Shown here piece after piece: positions 31,518-43,691 of a DNA stretch of 64,000 nt. Below the pieces are notes generated by a model. It made no database searches. It saw only the letters and a list, made by a program, of their open reading frames with translations, and was not told where the DNA came from. How positions within the stretch are numbered: position 1 is the stretch's first letter; each line of letters starts with the position of its first letter. Origin of the DNA: Chloropicon primus (lineage: Eukaryota); NCBI GenBank assembly GCA_023205875.1, contig CP060756.1:744001-808000 (forward strand), read 5' to 3'. The position numbers were made by a program, and so were the translations under genes.

Positions 31518-32413
31518 TCAAGGTGCGAAAAGGTTTCTGCTGTTGAGGCCGTATTTCTTCAGAAATCGTTTGTTCCAGGAGTGGGTGGCCTTGCTTCCGC
31601 GCCTCGCGCCCTCCTCGTCCTTCTTGAGAACGATCTTGTTGTTCAGACTCTTTCTCTTCTCCCTCGTCAGGCGTTTCATCCGGTCCTGGAAGGACTCGGG
31701 GCTGTTCACCGGCTGGGTGGTGTGGGTCGACTTCACGCGAGCGAGGAACTTGTTCTCGAGGGGCTTGGGCTTCCTGAAGAGCTCGCCGCTCGAGGCGGCC
31801 CCCTCCTTGCCCGACTCGTCGCTGGTGGACGCCAAGGTGTTGCTGGAGAGCCTCCTCTGGTGCTGTGGCTTCCACCCAAGGATGTCCTTGATGACCGGCC
31901 TCGAGGCCAAGTCCCCGGGAACCTGGAAAGCTTTGTTCTCGAGCGTGGTCTTCGCCCCGTTCTTCATCAGGTAGTCGACCATGCCTATGTTATTGCACTC
32001 GCAGGCGAGGTGGAGCGGGCTGTTGCCCTTTTGGTCCTGGCTATTTAAGTCGGCTCCCTTGCTCACGAGAAGGCGTACGGTCTCAAAGTGGGCCGACACG
32101 ACCGCCAAGTGGATTGGACACCACCCGTTCGCGTTCCTCGAGTTCACGACCGCCCCCTTCCTCATCAGCAGGGTCACGGCACTGTCCATGCCCTTGTTCG
32201 CCGCGTAGTGAAGTGCGGTGTTCCCGGCGTTGTTCCTGTTGTTCACGAACGCGCCTTTCTCTATGAAAAGGTTGATCAGGTCCGTGTGCCCGCGAACGCT
32301 CGCCAAGTGCAGGGGCTGCGGGGTAGGACAAGTAGCAGCAACAAGGAAGGAGTCAGTCCACGGTATAGGGGCGCTCTGTGGTGGCAAGGCGAAACGAGTG
32401 CTTTTTGGCTCGG

Positions 32414-32452
<39 letters not shown>

Positions 32453-32857
32453 GTGTGTGTGTGTCTGTGTGTGTGTGTGTGTGTGTTGGAGAGAGAGAGA
32501 GAGAGGGAGAGCTTCTGTGTTCTCTGTTGTGTGTCCGCGCGCTCCCGATCTCTCACTCACCTCGTTTCCATGCTTGTCCTTGGCAAGAATATCAGCCTCG
32601 TTCATGAGCAAGAACTTTGCGACGCGGCAGTTTCCCTCCTCCGCTGCCGTGTGAAGGGGCGTCGCCTTCAACAGCCCGTCCTTCGCGTTCACCGAGTCCG
32701 CAAGCGTGATGCACTGCTGCACGTCCGTGTCGATGAGCTTCTGCAGGGAGTCCACATCACACCTCGACACCGCGTGGTGCAGCGAGTGCTCCTCTAGATC
32801 CTTGCGGTTGAACACGGGCTTGGACAAGTCCCAGTTCGACTTCCTCCTCAGCCCCAT
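31518..32857 (-). CDS. Ankyrin-repeat protein; exons 32857-32561 and 32315-31518
   Basis: Repeated TPLH/ALH motifs. A phase-0 GTGAG...CAG intron (32560-32316) joins KHGNE to PLHLA and restores one repeat. Confidence 0.85.
32415..32510. repeat. Compound intronic microsatellite (CT)n-(GT)n-(GA)n
   Basis: Read directly; the CT and GA tracts are mutually complementary. Confidence 0.9.
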
Positions 32858-33821
32858 GGTAGGGCCACCGTAGGGCTTGGTTATCCTTCCAGTACGGCAC
32901 GACGTCGACAAGGCGACGTACTCCTCGAAGCTTGCACCCTTTCTCCCTTCCCTTGCCTCGAGGGGTCAAAGCAAAAAGCGAAAAGCCTTTGGCGAGCAAC
33001 ACTGCTGCTTCAAGACGCGTGCCGCTTCAAAAGGAAAGTCCAAAGGCGAGGAGTCGGTCAGCTCTGCTTCCTCCTGCTCTGCTGGAGAGAGAGAAAGAGA
33101 GTTAAAGAGAGAGAGAAAGAAAGAAAGAAGGAAGGAGGGAGGGATCAAAGCAAGCAAGCCTTGGTTTCCTTTCCTTTCGTTTCGTTTCGTTTTGCCGCTT
33201 GGACAAGCTCGGTTCAATCCGTATCTCCGTATTTCTGTCAAACGCGAAACTAAAATCAAAGGCGCGGGACCTTGGGACGGTCAACGGTCTTTCTTCATAT
33301 GACATTATGACGAGGACGAGGACGACATCATGACGGAGAGGAGCGAGAGCGAAGACAACCCCACCGCACCGACTCAACCAACCCTGTCGTCGCAGATGTC
33401 GACTTCTTTGTCTTGCCCCTGGACCGCTTCCCTCGACCTCTCCCTTTTGTCTTCTCCCACGGCTGTACCTTGTTTGTTTGCTTTACAGTCCCTTCCCGGA
33501 GCACGAGTCGCGATGCCGGTGGATCGACGGAGAGGCGGCAGAGGCAGAGGGATCCACCCCCCGTGCCGTGCTCCCGTCATCGCGACTCGCCCTCGATCTA
33601 CCCCTCATTCTCTGAAAGGGGGCGAGCGGGGCATTCATCGAAAGCAAACCTCGCAAAGGTTTTGAATCGATGGCGACGTTCCTCCCCCAACCCCGCAGCA
33701 TTGTCATCCCATTGTCACCCTCCTCGTTGCCTCCTCGTCCTCGCTTCATCTTTTCAAAGATCTTGCAGGATAAGATTGAGAGAGCGCCTTATCGTCGTCG
33801 TCGTGAGTGGCGGACTGGAGG

Positions 33822-33857
<36 letters not shown>

Positions 33858-33860
<3 letters not shown>

Positions 33861-35582
33861 AAGGGGCTTGGCAAGGGGCAAGCGAGGAGGTGCGGCGGGG
33901 CTTCTGTGGGGGCACCATCTGCGGAGAACCGAAAGGTGTTGAGGTCGACGTTGTCCGTGTCGTCGTCGTCGTCGTCTTCAAGCTTGAGGAGGCGGGAGAG
34001 GAGACTGCAACTGGGGAGGGAGGCCGGGAGGAACGCGGGGGGTCGCGTCTCCGTCGGGTCCTCCAGGATCGTCGTCGAGTCCCGAAGGCAGGGCGGCTTG
34101 AAGGTGAGGGCGGCCGCGGAGGTGTCCGCGGACGGGAACGGCAGCGCGATCTCCGAGCCGGAGCTGACGCCGGTGAAGGTCGTGCCCTTCGTGGTGTCCG
34201 TGGCCCTGGGGGTTATCATAAACTTCCTCGTCCCGAGGCCCGACGGGATCACCAAGGAGGCGTGGCAGCTTCTGTCGATATTCGTCTCCACGGTCGCTGG
34301 GCTCGTGATCGGGCCGCTCCCCGTCGGGGCGTGGGCCTTCGCGGGGGTGACCACGGCGATAGCTACCAAAACCCTCACCTTCAAGGCGGCCTTCTCCTCC
34401 TTCAGCCTGGACGTCATCTGGCTGGTTGTGAACGCGTTCTTCCTCGCCAAGGGCTTCGTGAAGTCTGGCCTGGGAGACAGGGTGGCCACCTACTTTGTCA
34501 AGCTGTTCGGCAAGAGCTCCCTCGGGCTCAGCTACGGCTTGACGGTGAGCGAGGGCATTCTCAGCCCCTCCATGCCGAGCTCCACCGCCAGGTGCGGCGG
34601 CATCTACCTCCCGATCATCGTGTCGCTGGCCAAGCAGGCGGGATCCTTGCCGGGAAAGACTGCGAACAAGCTGGGGGCGTTCTTGGCCCAGGCCCAGCTG
34701 CAGACGACCGCCCACCTCTCGAGCATCTCCCTCACGGGGGCGGCGCAGAACACCTTGGGACTCGTGCTCGCCGCCAACCTGGGCTACGCGGTGTCCAACC
34801 CGTGGATCACTTGGTTCAAGGCCGGGATCGTTCCCGGGCTCGCTGGGCTGTTCTTGACGCCGTTGATCGTCTACAAGATCATGCCTCCTGAGATCAAGGA
34901 GACGCCGGACGCCCCAAAGGCCGCGGCCCAGAAGCTCAAGGAGTTGGGCCCCATGAAGAAGATCGAGTGGATGGTCGCCGGAACCATGATGCTCACCATG
35001 GTCTTGTGGATCTTTGGAGACAAGCTCGGCATCGCGGGGGCCACCGCGGCGATGGTCGGAATCACTCTGCAGATGATCGGAGGGGTGTTGACGTGGGACG
35101 ACCTCCTGAAGGAGAAGGGTGCCTGGGACACGCTCATCTGGTTCGCTGTCTTGGTCGCCATGTCCGCCCAGCTCAAGGAGTTCGGCTTGATCGGGGCCCT
35201 GTCCGCCAAGGTGAACGCCGGCCTCACCGCCATGAACCTCGGCTGGCCGGCCGTGTTCATCACCCTCCACGTCGCGTACTTCTTGCTGCACTACCTGTTC
35301 GCCTCCCAGACCGCGCAGCTCGCCGCTCTGGGCTCGGCTTTCCTGGCCACGATGATCGGCGCCGGAACCCCGCCACTCCTGGCGGCCTTGACGATCCCCT
35401 TCCACACCAACTTGTTCGGCGGAATGACCCACTACGCCAGCGGGCAGTCTGCCGTCTTCTACGGATCTGGCTACTACGACATGCCCACCACCTTCAAGGT
35501 CGGAGGCATCGTGGGAATCACCAACTTGCTCATCTGGGGCATCGTGGGTGGCGTGTGGTGGAAGATCATTGGTCTGTATTAA
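33858..35582 (+). CDS. DiT2: Plastid dicarboxylate transporter, DiT2 type (DASS family)
   Basis: Transit peptide; MPSSTAR, AAQN, AWDTLIWFA, HYLFASQTA and THYASGQSAVFYGSGY are closer to DiT2 than to DiT1. Confidence 0.88.
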
Positions 35583-36044
35583 CCAACTCGGCAATTTTTT
35601 CGCAAACAATCGAAGGAGTGGGCACGACACACACAGCACCGAGATTATGATTATGAATAATCGCCATCGAAAAAAGAGCATACCTCTTTCTACTTTAGGT
35701 TGTCAGGAAGAGGAACGTTTTCCCTGGTCCCCTCTCGCAAACACGTGCGTCGATCCCCTTGCCCCACCGAGGCCGCGCACCACTCACCTCTGTTTCCCTC
35801 GTCGGCATGCCAAGCTCCCAAGCCAGGGGAGTCGAGGCCAATCGCGGCAGCAGTTTTTGGGAGAGACCACTCACGATCCAGGCTTCCACATTGCATTCAC
35901 TCCACTTCCGCTAAGCTAAGCGCGATGAAATGTCGATGAAACCTCCATCTCCTCATCTCCTCCATCTCTGACGTCAGGACAAGATTCTGGACCAAGTGTC
36001 GCCTCCTGGTAAATCTTCCAGAAGCAGGCAGAAAATCGAGAAGG

Positions 36045-38180
36045 ATGGCAGCGACGATGGCGGCTGTGCGCGCGTGCCTCGCGAGGGCGACGCAAATGAT
36101 AAGCCTGGAGCAGGGCGTTGTCGGCAAGGCTTATGCCACGACTGCTTTGGGAGCCCACGCTCAAGCGACGCGAGCGGCGGCTAGGAAGACTGCGAACGTG
36201 AACACGTTCCATGGCCTGGGCAGGTATGCTCCCTGCGCCTCGGCGTTCGGGTCGAGGGCGTACAGCTCCGGGGCGGAGGTGATCGGCATTGATTTGGGAA
36301 CGACGAACTCTTGCGTCGCTGTGATGGAGGGCAAGGGCGCCAAGGTGATCGAGAACGCCGAAGGTGCGAGAACGACTCCCTCTGTGGTCGCATTCACGGA
36401 CAAGGGAGAGAAGCTCGTTGGAGTTCCGGCGAAGAGGCAGGCGGTGACCAACCCCATGAACACCCTCTACGCGACGAAGCGCTTGATAGGGAGGAGGTTC
36501 GAGGACCCCATGACGAAGAAGGAGGCGGAGTCCGTTCCTTACAAGATCGTCAGCGGCTCCTCGGGCGACGCCTGGGTCGAGGCCGGAGGGCAGCAGTACT
36601 CCCCCAGCCAGGTCGGTGCGTTCGTTCTGCAGAAGATGAAGGAGACCGCGGAGGCTTACCTGGGCAGGAAAGTCACCCAGGCCGTGGTCACGGTCCCTGC
36701 TTACTTCAACGACGCGCAGAGGCAGGCCACCAAGGACGCCGGCAAGATCGCTGGCTTGGACGTGCTGAGGATCATCAACGAGCCCACCGCCGCGGCCCTA
36801 AGCTACGGGATGGACAAGAAGGAGGGCCTCGTCGCCGTCTTTGACCTCGGGGGAGGAACCTTCGATGTGTCCATCCTGGAGATCTCCGGAGGAGTCTTCG
36901 AGGTGAAGGCGACCAACGGAGACACCTTTTTGGGTGGAGAGGACTTTGACAACGTCCTCCTCCACTACATGGCGGACGAGTTCAAGAAGGAGCAGAGCAT
37001 TGACCTCCTCCAGGACAAGCTTGCCGTGCAGAGGCTCAGGGAGGCCGCCGAGAAGGCCAAGTGCGAGCTTTCCTCCACCTCCCAGACGGACATTAACTTG
37101 CCTTTCATCACTGCCGATGCCACTGGGGCAAAGCACTTGAACGTCCAGATCACCAGGTCCAAGTTCGAGGCCCTGGCCAACAGCCTGATCGAGAGGACGA
37201 GGCAGCCCTGCCTGAACTGCATCAAGGACGCCGGCATCTCCACCTCCGACATCAGCGAGGTCATCTTGGTGGGAGGAATGTCCCGTATGCCAAAGGTGCA
37301 GGAGGTCGTCAAGGAGATCTTCAAGAGGGACCCAAGCAGGGGCGTGAACCCCGACGAGGTCGTCGCGTCCGGTGCCGCCATCCAGGGCGGAGTCCTGAGA
37401 GGTGACGTGAAGGACATCCTCCTCTTAGACGTGACCCCCCTTTCCTTGGGAATCGAGACGCTCGGAGGAGTCTTCACCAGGCTCATCACCCGTAACACCA
37501 CGATCCCGACGAAGAAGAGCCAGGTCTTCTCCACGGCGGCGGACAACCAGACTCAGGTCGGCATCAAGGTCCTGCAGGGAGAGAGAGAGATGGCCGCGGA
37601 CAACAAGATGCTGGGCCAGTTCGACCTGGTCGGCATCCCTCCCGCGCCTCGCGGGGTCCCCCAGATCGAGGTCACCTTCGACATCGACGCGAACGGAATC
37701 GTCAACGTCAACGCGAGGGACAAGGCCACCGGAAAGGAGCAGCAGATCACCATCCAGTCCTCGGGCGGATTGTCCGACGGGGACATCGAGCAGATGGTGA
37801 GGGACGCGGAGATGTTCGCCAGCAAGGACAAGGAGAGGAAGGAGCTCATCGAGGCCAAGAACACCGCGGACAACCTCGTGTACTCCTCCGAGAAGAGCTT
37901 GGACGAGCACAAGGACAAGCTCCCCCAGGCCGTTGTCGACGAGATCACCGCCGCCATCACGGACACCAGGACGGTCGCCCAGACGGAGAACGTGGAGGAC
38001 ATCAACAAGAAGGTCGATGCCTTGCAGAAGGCCGTCATGAAGATCGGCGAGGAGCTGTCCAGGCAGGCCGGAGGGAACAACACTGCCGAGGGCGGTGCCC
38101 AGGACGCCGGTGCCCAGGACGCCGGTGCCCAGGACGCCGAGTACACCAAGGCCGACGAGGAGAAGAAGGAGGATAAGTAG
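36045..38180 (+). CDS. HSP70: Mitochondrial Hsp70 (DnaK type)
   Basis: Mitochondrial presequence ending [30 protein letters not shown] and NPDEVVA; no cytosolic EEVD end. Confidence 0.95.
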   Translation: MAATMAAVRACLARATQMISLEQGVVGKAYATTALGAHAQATRAAARKTANVNTFHGLGRYAPCASAFGSRAYSSGAEVIGIDLGTTNSCVAVMEGKGAKVIENAEGARTTPSVVAFTDKGEKLVGVPAKRQAVTNPMNTLYATKRLIGRRFEDPMTKKEAESVPYKIVSGSSGDAWVEAGGQQYSPSQVGAFVLQKMKETAEAYLGRKVTQAVVTVPAYFNDAQRQATKDAGKIAGLDVLRIINEPTAAALSYGMDKKEGLVAVFDLGGGTFDVSILEISGGVFEVKATNGDTFLGGEDFDNVLLHYMADEFKKEQSIDLLQDKLAVQRLREAAEKAKCELSSTSQTDINLPFITADATGAKHLNVQITRSKFEALANSLIERTRQPCLNCIKDAGISTSDISEVILVGGMSRMPKVQEVVKEIFKRDPSRGVNPDEVVASGAAIQGGVLRGDVKDILLLDVTPLSLGIETLGGVFTRLITRNTTIPTKKSQVFSTAADNQTQVGIKVLQGEREMAADNKMLGQFDLVGIPPAPRGVPQIEVTFDIDANGIVNVNARDKATGKEQQITIQSSGGLSDGDIEQMVRDAEMFASKDKERKELIEAKNTADNLVYSSEKSLDEHKDKLPQAVVDEITAAITDTRTVAQTENVEDINKKVDALQKAVMKIGEELSRQAGGNNTAEGGAQDAGAQDAGAQDAEYTKADEEKKEDK
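38094..38138 (+). repeat. Coding 15-bp tandem repeat x3 (GAQDA) in the Hsp70 tail
   Basis: GGTGCCCAGGACGCC occurs three times perfectly. Confidence 0.9.
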
Positions 38181-38397
38181 GAGGAGAAGAAGGAGGAGCG
38201 ACGAGCGGGGGGGGGGGTCGAAAGCACGGTATCGCGTCGTCGTCACGCGATTGCGCGCGATAAGGGTGGCACTGGTACCCCTGCTGCCCCCCCAAGCATA
38301 TATTTTTGTGTTCAAAACTTATAATCGAAAACAAAACAAGCATTTCTAAAGGGAAGCTTCTTAAAAATGAATAGACTTGTTGCGGGGGACCACCTTC

Positions 38398-39579
38398 TTA
38401 CTCGTCGAAGACCTTGCACTCGTCCAACTCTGGGTTCTCGCTGCAGAGCTGGTCCATTGGGTCGGTGCTGGAGTTCTCTCCCTTGCTGGCCACGAGCTCG
38501 GCGAGGTCCACGACCCTCTGGCTGTATCCCCACTCGTTGTCGTACCACGCGACGACCTTGACCATGTCGTCTCCCATGACCATGGTGAGGGAGGAGTCGA
38601 TGGTGGAGGACTCGTCGGAGCACCTGTAATCGATGGACACGAGGGGCTTGTCGGAGACGGCGAGGACTCCCTTCATTGGGCCGTCGGAGGCGGCCCTGAA
38701 GGCGTCGTTCACGTCGTCCGCGGTGAGGCCCTTCTTCTCCACGTTGATCACGAGGTCGACGACGGAGACGTTCGGGGTCGGGACGCGGAGGGCGATTCCG
38801 TTGAGCTTGCCCGCGAGCTGGGGCAGCACCAGGGAGACGGCCTTGGCGGCCCCGGTGGTGGTGGGCACGATGCTCAGGGCGGCGGCCCTGGCCCTCCTGA
38901 GGTCCCTGTGGGACGCGTCGAGGAGCCTCTGGTCCCCGGTGTACGAGTGCGTCGTGGTCATGGTCCCCTTGACGATCCCGAAGCTCTCGTCCAGGACCTT
39001 CACGAAGGGGGCGAGGCAGTTGGTGGTGCACGAGGCGTTCGACACGATCGGGGCGCTCCCGTCGTAGTCCCCCTCGTTGACTCCAACGACGTAGGTCGGG
39101 ATGGCCTTGTCCTTGGCGGGGGCGGTGATGACGACCTTCTTCGCTCCCGCGGAGAGGTGCTTCCCGGCCCCGATGGTGTCCAGGAACACCCCGGTTCCTT
39201 CGATCACCATGTCGACCCCCATGTCCTTCCAAGGGAGCTGGAGCGGGTCGCGGCCGGACACGACCTTGATGGGCCTGCCGTTGAGCGCGAAGGTGGTGTC
39301 GTCCAAGATCTGAATATCCGCGTCGAAGGTCCCCAAGATCGAGTCGTACTTGAGGAGGTGGGTCGCCTGCTTCACCCCACCGCTGTCGTTCACCGCGACG
39401 ACCTCCAGGTCCGTGTTCTCCCTCCCCTCGAGGCACCTCAAGAAGTTACGTCCAATCCTTCCGAAACCGTTGATGGCCACCTTCATCTTCATCCCCGTGC
39501 TCCTCCTGCTCGACACCGCCGCCCTCGTGCTCGCTCCTCCCGCACGCCCCAACACCCTGTTCTGCGATACTCCAATCAT
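38398..39579 (-). CDS. GAPB: Plastid NADP-GAPDH subunit B with a CP12-like C-terminal extension
   Basis: [24 protein letters not shown], the GapA/B S-loop [19 protein letters not shown], and a two-Cys tail [21 protein letters not shown]. Confidence 0.92.
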   Translation of the reverse strand: MIGVSQNRVLGRAGGASTRAAVSSRRSTGMKMKVAINGFGRIGRNFLRCLEGRENTDLEVVAVNDSGGVKQATHLLKYDSILGTFDADIQILDDTTFALNGRPIKVVSGRDPLQLPWKDMGVDMVIEGTGVFLDTIGAGKHLSAGAKKVVITAPAKDKAIPTYVVGVNEGDYDGSAPIVSNASCTTNCLAPFVKVLDESFGIVKGTMTTTHSYTGDQRLLDASHRDLRRARAAALSIVPTTTGAAKAVSLVLPQLAGKLNGIALRVPTPNVSVVDLVINVEKKGLTADDVNDAFRAASDGPMKGVLAVSDKPLVSIDYRCSDESSTIDSSLTMVMGDDMVKVVAWYDNEWGYSQRVVDLAELVASKGENSSTDPMDQLCSENPELDECKVFDE

Positions 39580-39931
39580 CCTCACAAACAAACACAAACA
39601 CAAACACAAACACACTCTCGCTCGTCGTCGTCGTCGTCGTCGTCGTCCTCTTCTCTCTCTCTCCCTCTCTGCCTCGCCTCTCGCTCCCCTCGTTTTCGCG
39701 ATAAAATCTGATCGACCAAAAAATCGACGGCTGAAAAGAGACGAACGTTTTGGGTCGGGAACGTCTCTCGCGGAACGTCATCCGCAGATTTCCTCTCAGT
39801 GGCTGAGAGAGAGAGAGAGAGAGAGAGAGAGCCAGACAAGCGGAGAGGACGCGAGGACGAGGACGAGGACGAGGACGAGGTTGTTGTGTTGTTTTTGTTT
39901 TTGTGTTGTGTTGTGAATTGAGGAGGTGAGG
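39580..39931. promoter_or_regulatory. Putative bidirectional promoter between GAPB and PGK
   Basis: 352 bp between divergent ATGs; inverted AAATCTG/CAGATTT flank three GAACGT copies. Confidence 0.55.
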
Positions 39932-41461
39932 ATGATGATGAAGGGAACGACGACGATGAGGGGGAGGACGACGACGACTTCGACGATGATGATGTCATGC
40001 CGCGTGGTGGGGGGGCAGAGGGTGAGGGGAGGAAGGAGGGCCATGAACGCCGCCGTTGTGGGGGGATCTTCCGCCACCGTTGCCGGTTTCTCTTGCTCTT
40101 CAGCGACTTCCACGTGCTGCGTGGGGTCCTCGCAGGGCCTGCTGTCGAGCGGGGCGAGCCGCATGATGGGATCCGGCCTGTCGAGGTTCCAGCGGAGGCA
40201 GGCGAACCTCATCAGGAGGGGGGCCAAGCTCATCGTCGAGGCGGCGAAGAGGAGCGTCGGCGACTTGAGCGAGGCCGACCTCAAGGGCAAGAAGGTCTTC
40301 GTCCGCGCCGACTTGAACGTTCCCCTGGACGGCGACTGCAACATCACCGACGACACCAGGATCAGGGCCGCCGTGCCGACCCTCAAGTACCTCCTCGACA
40401 AGGGGGCCAAGGTCCTCCTGACCAGCCACCTCGGCAGGCCCAAGGACGGCCCTGAGGACAAGTTCAGGCTCAACCCCGTGGTTCCGAGGCTGTCCGAGCT
40501 CCTCGGGATGGAGGTCGGCAAGGTCGACGACTGCGTCGGCGCGGACGTGACCGCCAAGGTCGACGCGATGGCGGACGGCGAGATCGTCGTCCTGGAGAAC
40601 GTCAGGTTCTACAAGGAGGAGACCAAGAACGAGGCCGGGTTCGCCGAGAAGCTCGCCGCGAACGCCGACATGTTTGTCAACGACGCCTTCGGCACGGCCC
40701 ACAGGGCCCACGCCTCCACCGAGGGGGTCACCAAGTACCTCTCCCCCGCCGTCTCCGGGTTCTTGCTCCAGAAGGAGCTCGACTACCTGGACGGCGCCGT
40801 CAGCGACCCAAAGAAGCCGTTCTGCGCCATCGTCGGCGGCTCCAAGGTCAGCAGCAAGATCGGAGTCATCGAGTCCCTGATGGAGAAGTGCGACAAGATC
40901 ATCATCGGAGGAGGAATGATCTTCACCTTCTACGTCGCGAGGGGGCTCTCCGTGGGCGCCTCCCTCGTGGAGGAGGACAAGGTGGAGCTCGCCAGGGACC
41001 TGGAGAAGAAGGCCGCCGAGATGGGAGTCGAGTTCTTGCTCCCAACCGACGTCGTCCTCGCCGACAACTTCGCCCCGGACGCCAACACCCAGACCGTGTC
41101 CATCGACGCCATCCCTGACGGCTGGATGGGACTCGACATCGGGCCAGAGAGCTTGAAGACCTTCCAGGACGCCCTCGGAGACTGCAAGACCGTGGTCTGG
41201 AACGGCCCAATGGGCGTCTTCGAGTTCGACGCCTTCGCCGCGGGAACCGTCGGTATCGCCGACACCCTCGCCGAGATCAGCGGAAAGGGTTGCTGCACCA
41301 TCATCGGAGGCGGAGACTCTGTCGCCGCCGTGGAGAAGGCCGGCGTCGCCGACAAGATGAGCCACATCTCCACCGGAGGCGGAGCCTCCCTCGAGCTCTT
41401 GGAGGGCAAGGTCCTCCCCGGAGTCGCCGCCCTCGACGAGACCGTGGCGGTGAGTGCGTAA
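39932..41461 (+). CDS. PGK: Plastid phosphoglycerate kinase
   Basis: Transit peptide, [41 protein letters not shown] and [16 protein letters not shown]. The exact start Met is uncertain. Confidence 0.95.
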   Translation: MMMKGTTTMRGRTTTTSTMMMSCRVVGGQRVRGGRRAMNAAVVGGSSATVAGFSCSSATSTCCVGSSQGLLSSGASRMMGSGLSRFQRRQANLIRRGAKLIVEAAKRSVGDLSEADLKGKKVFVRADLNVPLDGDCNITDDTRIRAAVPTLKYLLDKGAKVLLTSHLGRPKDGPEDKFRLNPVVPRLSELLGMEVGKVDDCVGADVTAKVDAMADGEIVVLENVRFYKEETKNEAGFAEKLAANADMFVNDAFGTAHRAHASTEGVTKYLSPAVSGFLLQKELDYLDGAVSDPKKPFCAIVGGSKVSSKIGVIESLMEKCDKIIIGGGMIFTFYVARGLSVGASLVEEDKVELARDLEKKAAEMGVEFLLPTDVVLADNFAPDANTQTVSIDAIPDGWMGLDIGPESLKTFQDALGDCKTVVWNGPMGVFEFDAFAAGTVGIADTLAEISGKGCCTIIGGGDSVAAVEKAGVADKMSHISTGGGASLELLEGKVLPGVAALDETVAVSA

Positions 41462-41656
41462 ACCACAGCAGCAATGCACGACGACGCTCGGCTGAGGTTG
41501 GCCTCCCTTAATTTTTTCTTCTTCATTAAAACACAAAGAGTGATAAAAGTACACACAATACAATAAACGAACGACGACGACGGCGACGAAACCAGGAACC
41601 CGCCACCCGAGCCCCCCCCCTCTTTCTCCCTCTCTCTGCGTCTCTCTCCATCAAGA

Positions 41657-43081
41657 TCAAGTCGAGATGGACCTCTCCCTCTCCCTCTCCTTGCGGTGGT
41701 GCCCGACGGACCAGTCGCCGCTGTCCTCGTGGCTCTCCATGATGGAACCAGCGTCGGAGACGTGAGCGAGCCTGGGGTGCTGCCTGCTGCTCTCCCCGCC
41801 CCCCTCCTCGCCCTCCAGGTCCTCGTCGCTCTCCTGCTCGCCGCCGCTGCTCGCCAAATGAGTCTCGTCGAAACGAACCTTGGTCTTCTTCCCCTCCGAG
41901 TAGAAGAACATGGCGTCCTTGCTGAGGTCCCCGCCCCCGGAACCCATCGAGGAGTCCACGGTCTTCTTCTGCCTGATGAGCTGAAGCATGTCCTTCCCTC
42001 CCCAGACGTGGCCCTGGTTCAACTTCTCAAACTCGCTGTGAAGGCTCGCCGCGATGTCCTTGCTGCCGCTCGCGGAGGACCTCAAGCAGCCCAGCAGGAT
42101 CGTGTGGATCGTGGCCACGCTCCTGTCGATGTTCGAGTTGTCGATCTTGGGTATGAGCTGCGCGTCCGCCTTCTTGCAAAGGTAGTCCTGGATGATACGA
42201 ATGTTCCGAAAGTTGTTGACGTACTTGTTCTTCGCGAAAGTGAGGGCCATGGCCCTCGCCCGCACCGCGAACCTCTCCTTGTGCTTCTGCTCGTTGCTAA
42301 TGAAGACCAGAAAGGGAAGGATCGCGTCGTGCTTCTCCATCAGCTGGATCATGAAGTTCATGCTGAGGTGAACCCCCTCGATGATGAGGGACTCCCTCCT
42401 CCCCACCATGTGCTCGATCAGGTTGCTCAGGTGGTCCACCACCATCTCGCTCTGGGCCTTGTAGCCCCTGATCACCGCTTTCCTGTGCGTCGTGGCGCCC
42501 CCCCCGGCGCCCCCCGGCCTGGTCCCCGCGCCGACCGCCGAGGAGTCCAGGCCCTCCACCACCGCGCCCGCCTCGTAGGTGGAAGACCAGATGAACTTGT
42601 TCTCCTTGTTCGTGTCGAAGCTCCGGAGCATGTGCCTCACCGAGTCCGTGGACAGTATGGAGTTGATGCCCAGCCGGCTGGCGAGGAGGGACGCGAGGGT
42701 GGACTTCCCGCAACCGCTTGTCCCGCACAAGAGTATGATCACGGACGACTTCCTCTCCCGGATCCTGCAAGCCGTGGAGAAATCCAGCAGCTGCTGGGGC
42801 CTCGAGTACCCCAGGGACAGCAGCGCGTACTTGACGAGGTCCACGAAGTGGCCCCTCGTCGTCGAAGCCCCCTTCATCTCCCCGTCCTCCTCCTCGGCCA
42901 GCTTCCCGAACACTATCTTGGCCAGCTTCTTCGCGCGCTTGGGCCTGATTCCCACGAACTGGAACACCGACTGAAGCACCTCGATGGTGTACCGGTACTT
43001 CCCCGAGCCGGATCCCGCCTCCTCCCCGTCCCACACCGTGCACCACCCCACCCCACCTTCCTCTTTCCTGCCCTCCTCCAT
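41657..43081 (-). CDS. LPA1-like P-loop NTPase (2-phosphoglycerate kinase-like)
   Basis: LLCGTSGCGKSTLASLLASRLG...STDSVRHMLR, GYKAQSEMV, IEGVHL, HKERFAVRA and NIRIIQDYL. Confidence 0.87.
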   Translation of the reverse strand: MEEGRKEEGGVGWCTVWDGEEAGSGSGKYRYTIEVLQSVFQFVGIRPKRAKKLAKIVFGKLAEEEDGEMKGASTTRGHFVDLVKYALLSLGYSRPQQLLDFSTACRIRERKSSVIILLCGTSGCGKSTLASLLASRLGINSILSTDSVRHMLRSFDTNKENKFIWSSTYEAGAVVEGLDSSAVGAGTRPGGAGGGATTHRKAVIRGYKAQSEMVVDHLSNLIEHMVGRRESLIIEGVHLSMNFMIQLMEKHDAILPFLVFISNEQKHKERFAVRARAMALTFAKNKYVNNFRNIRIIQDYLCKKADAQLIPKIDNSNIDRSVATIHTILLGCLRSSASGSKDIAASLHSEFEKLNQGHVWGGKDMLQLIRQKKTVDSSMGSGGGDLSKDAMFFYSEGKKTKVRFDETHLASSGGEQESDEDLEGEEGGGESSRQHPRLAHVSDAGSIMESHEDSGDWSVGHHRKERERERSIST

Positions 43082-43691
43082 CCCCCACCTCCCTCCCTCC
43101 CTCTCTCGCGCCGCGTTCCTTCCTCGATCGATCTCGATCTCACCGATCCAACAAACCTTCCTCACCAGGTCCCCATTTTCCACTGGCCTCTCTCAAGAAT
43201 CACCGAGGGGTGAGGATTCCACCCCAGTCACGTCTGGACCGCGCCTCCCGCCCACCAACCCCTTGCTCCACCAACACCAACACCAACACCTTACGCCCTC
43301 TCTCCTCTTCTCTCCTCTCTCTCCTCTTTCCTCTTCTCTCGTCCCCTTTATGACGTTGACGTAGCAGAAAGTGAAAAGGCGTCAACTGGGGGAGGATCAA
43401 GGTGAGGCCAAGACGGGGACGAGTGTGGTGGGAGAACGAATGCTTCGCGTCGTGAGGTTTTCGTTTCGTTTCGTTTCCTTGGATTCCATTCCTGGCTTCC
43501 GGGGCTGCCGGGGAACTTGACCACGGAGTGGGGGAGGGTTGGACATGGAAACAAGGGCTTTGAGGGCCTGAGCTCTCCGCGGCAACCCAGCGTACTCGCC
43601 GAGCGACAAGTGTAGCTAAACGAGCTTTTCGATGGATTCTTTCTCTCTTTCTCTCTCTCTCTCTTTCTGTTGATAGATAGAAAGAGAAACA

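Noticed and set aside
28744..31974. 1076-aa plus-strand ORF over NPC1 and the ankyrin gene
   Set aside because: Antisense shadow of GC3-biased genes; no recognisable domain.
33176..33193. (TTTCG)3 here and at about 43459, and (GACGAG)n tracts at about 8290, 33309 and 39850, as shared regulatory motifs
   Set aside because: Cannot be told apart from the abundant simple repeats in this genome without statistics.
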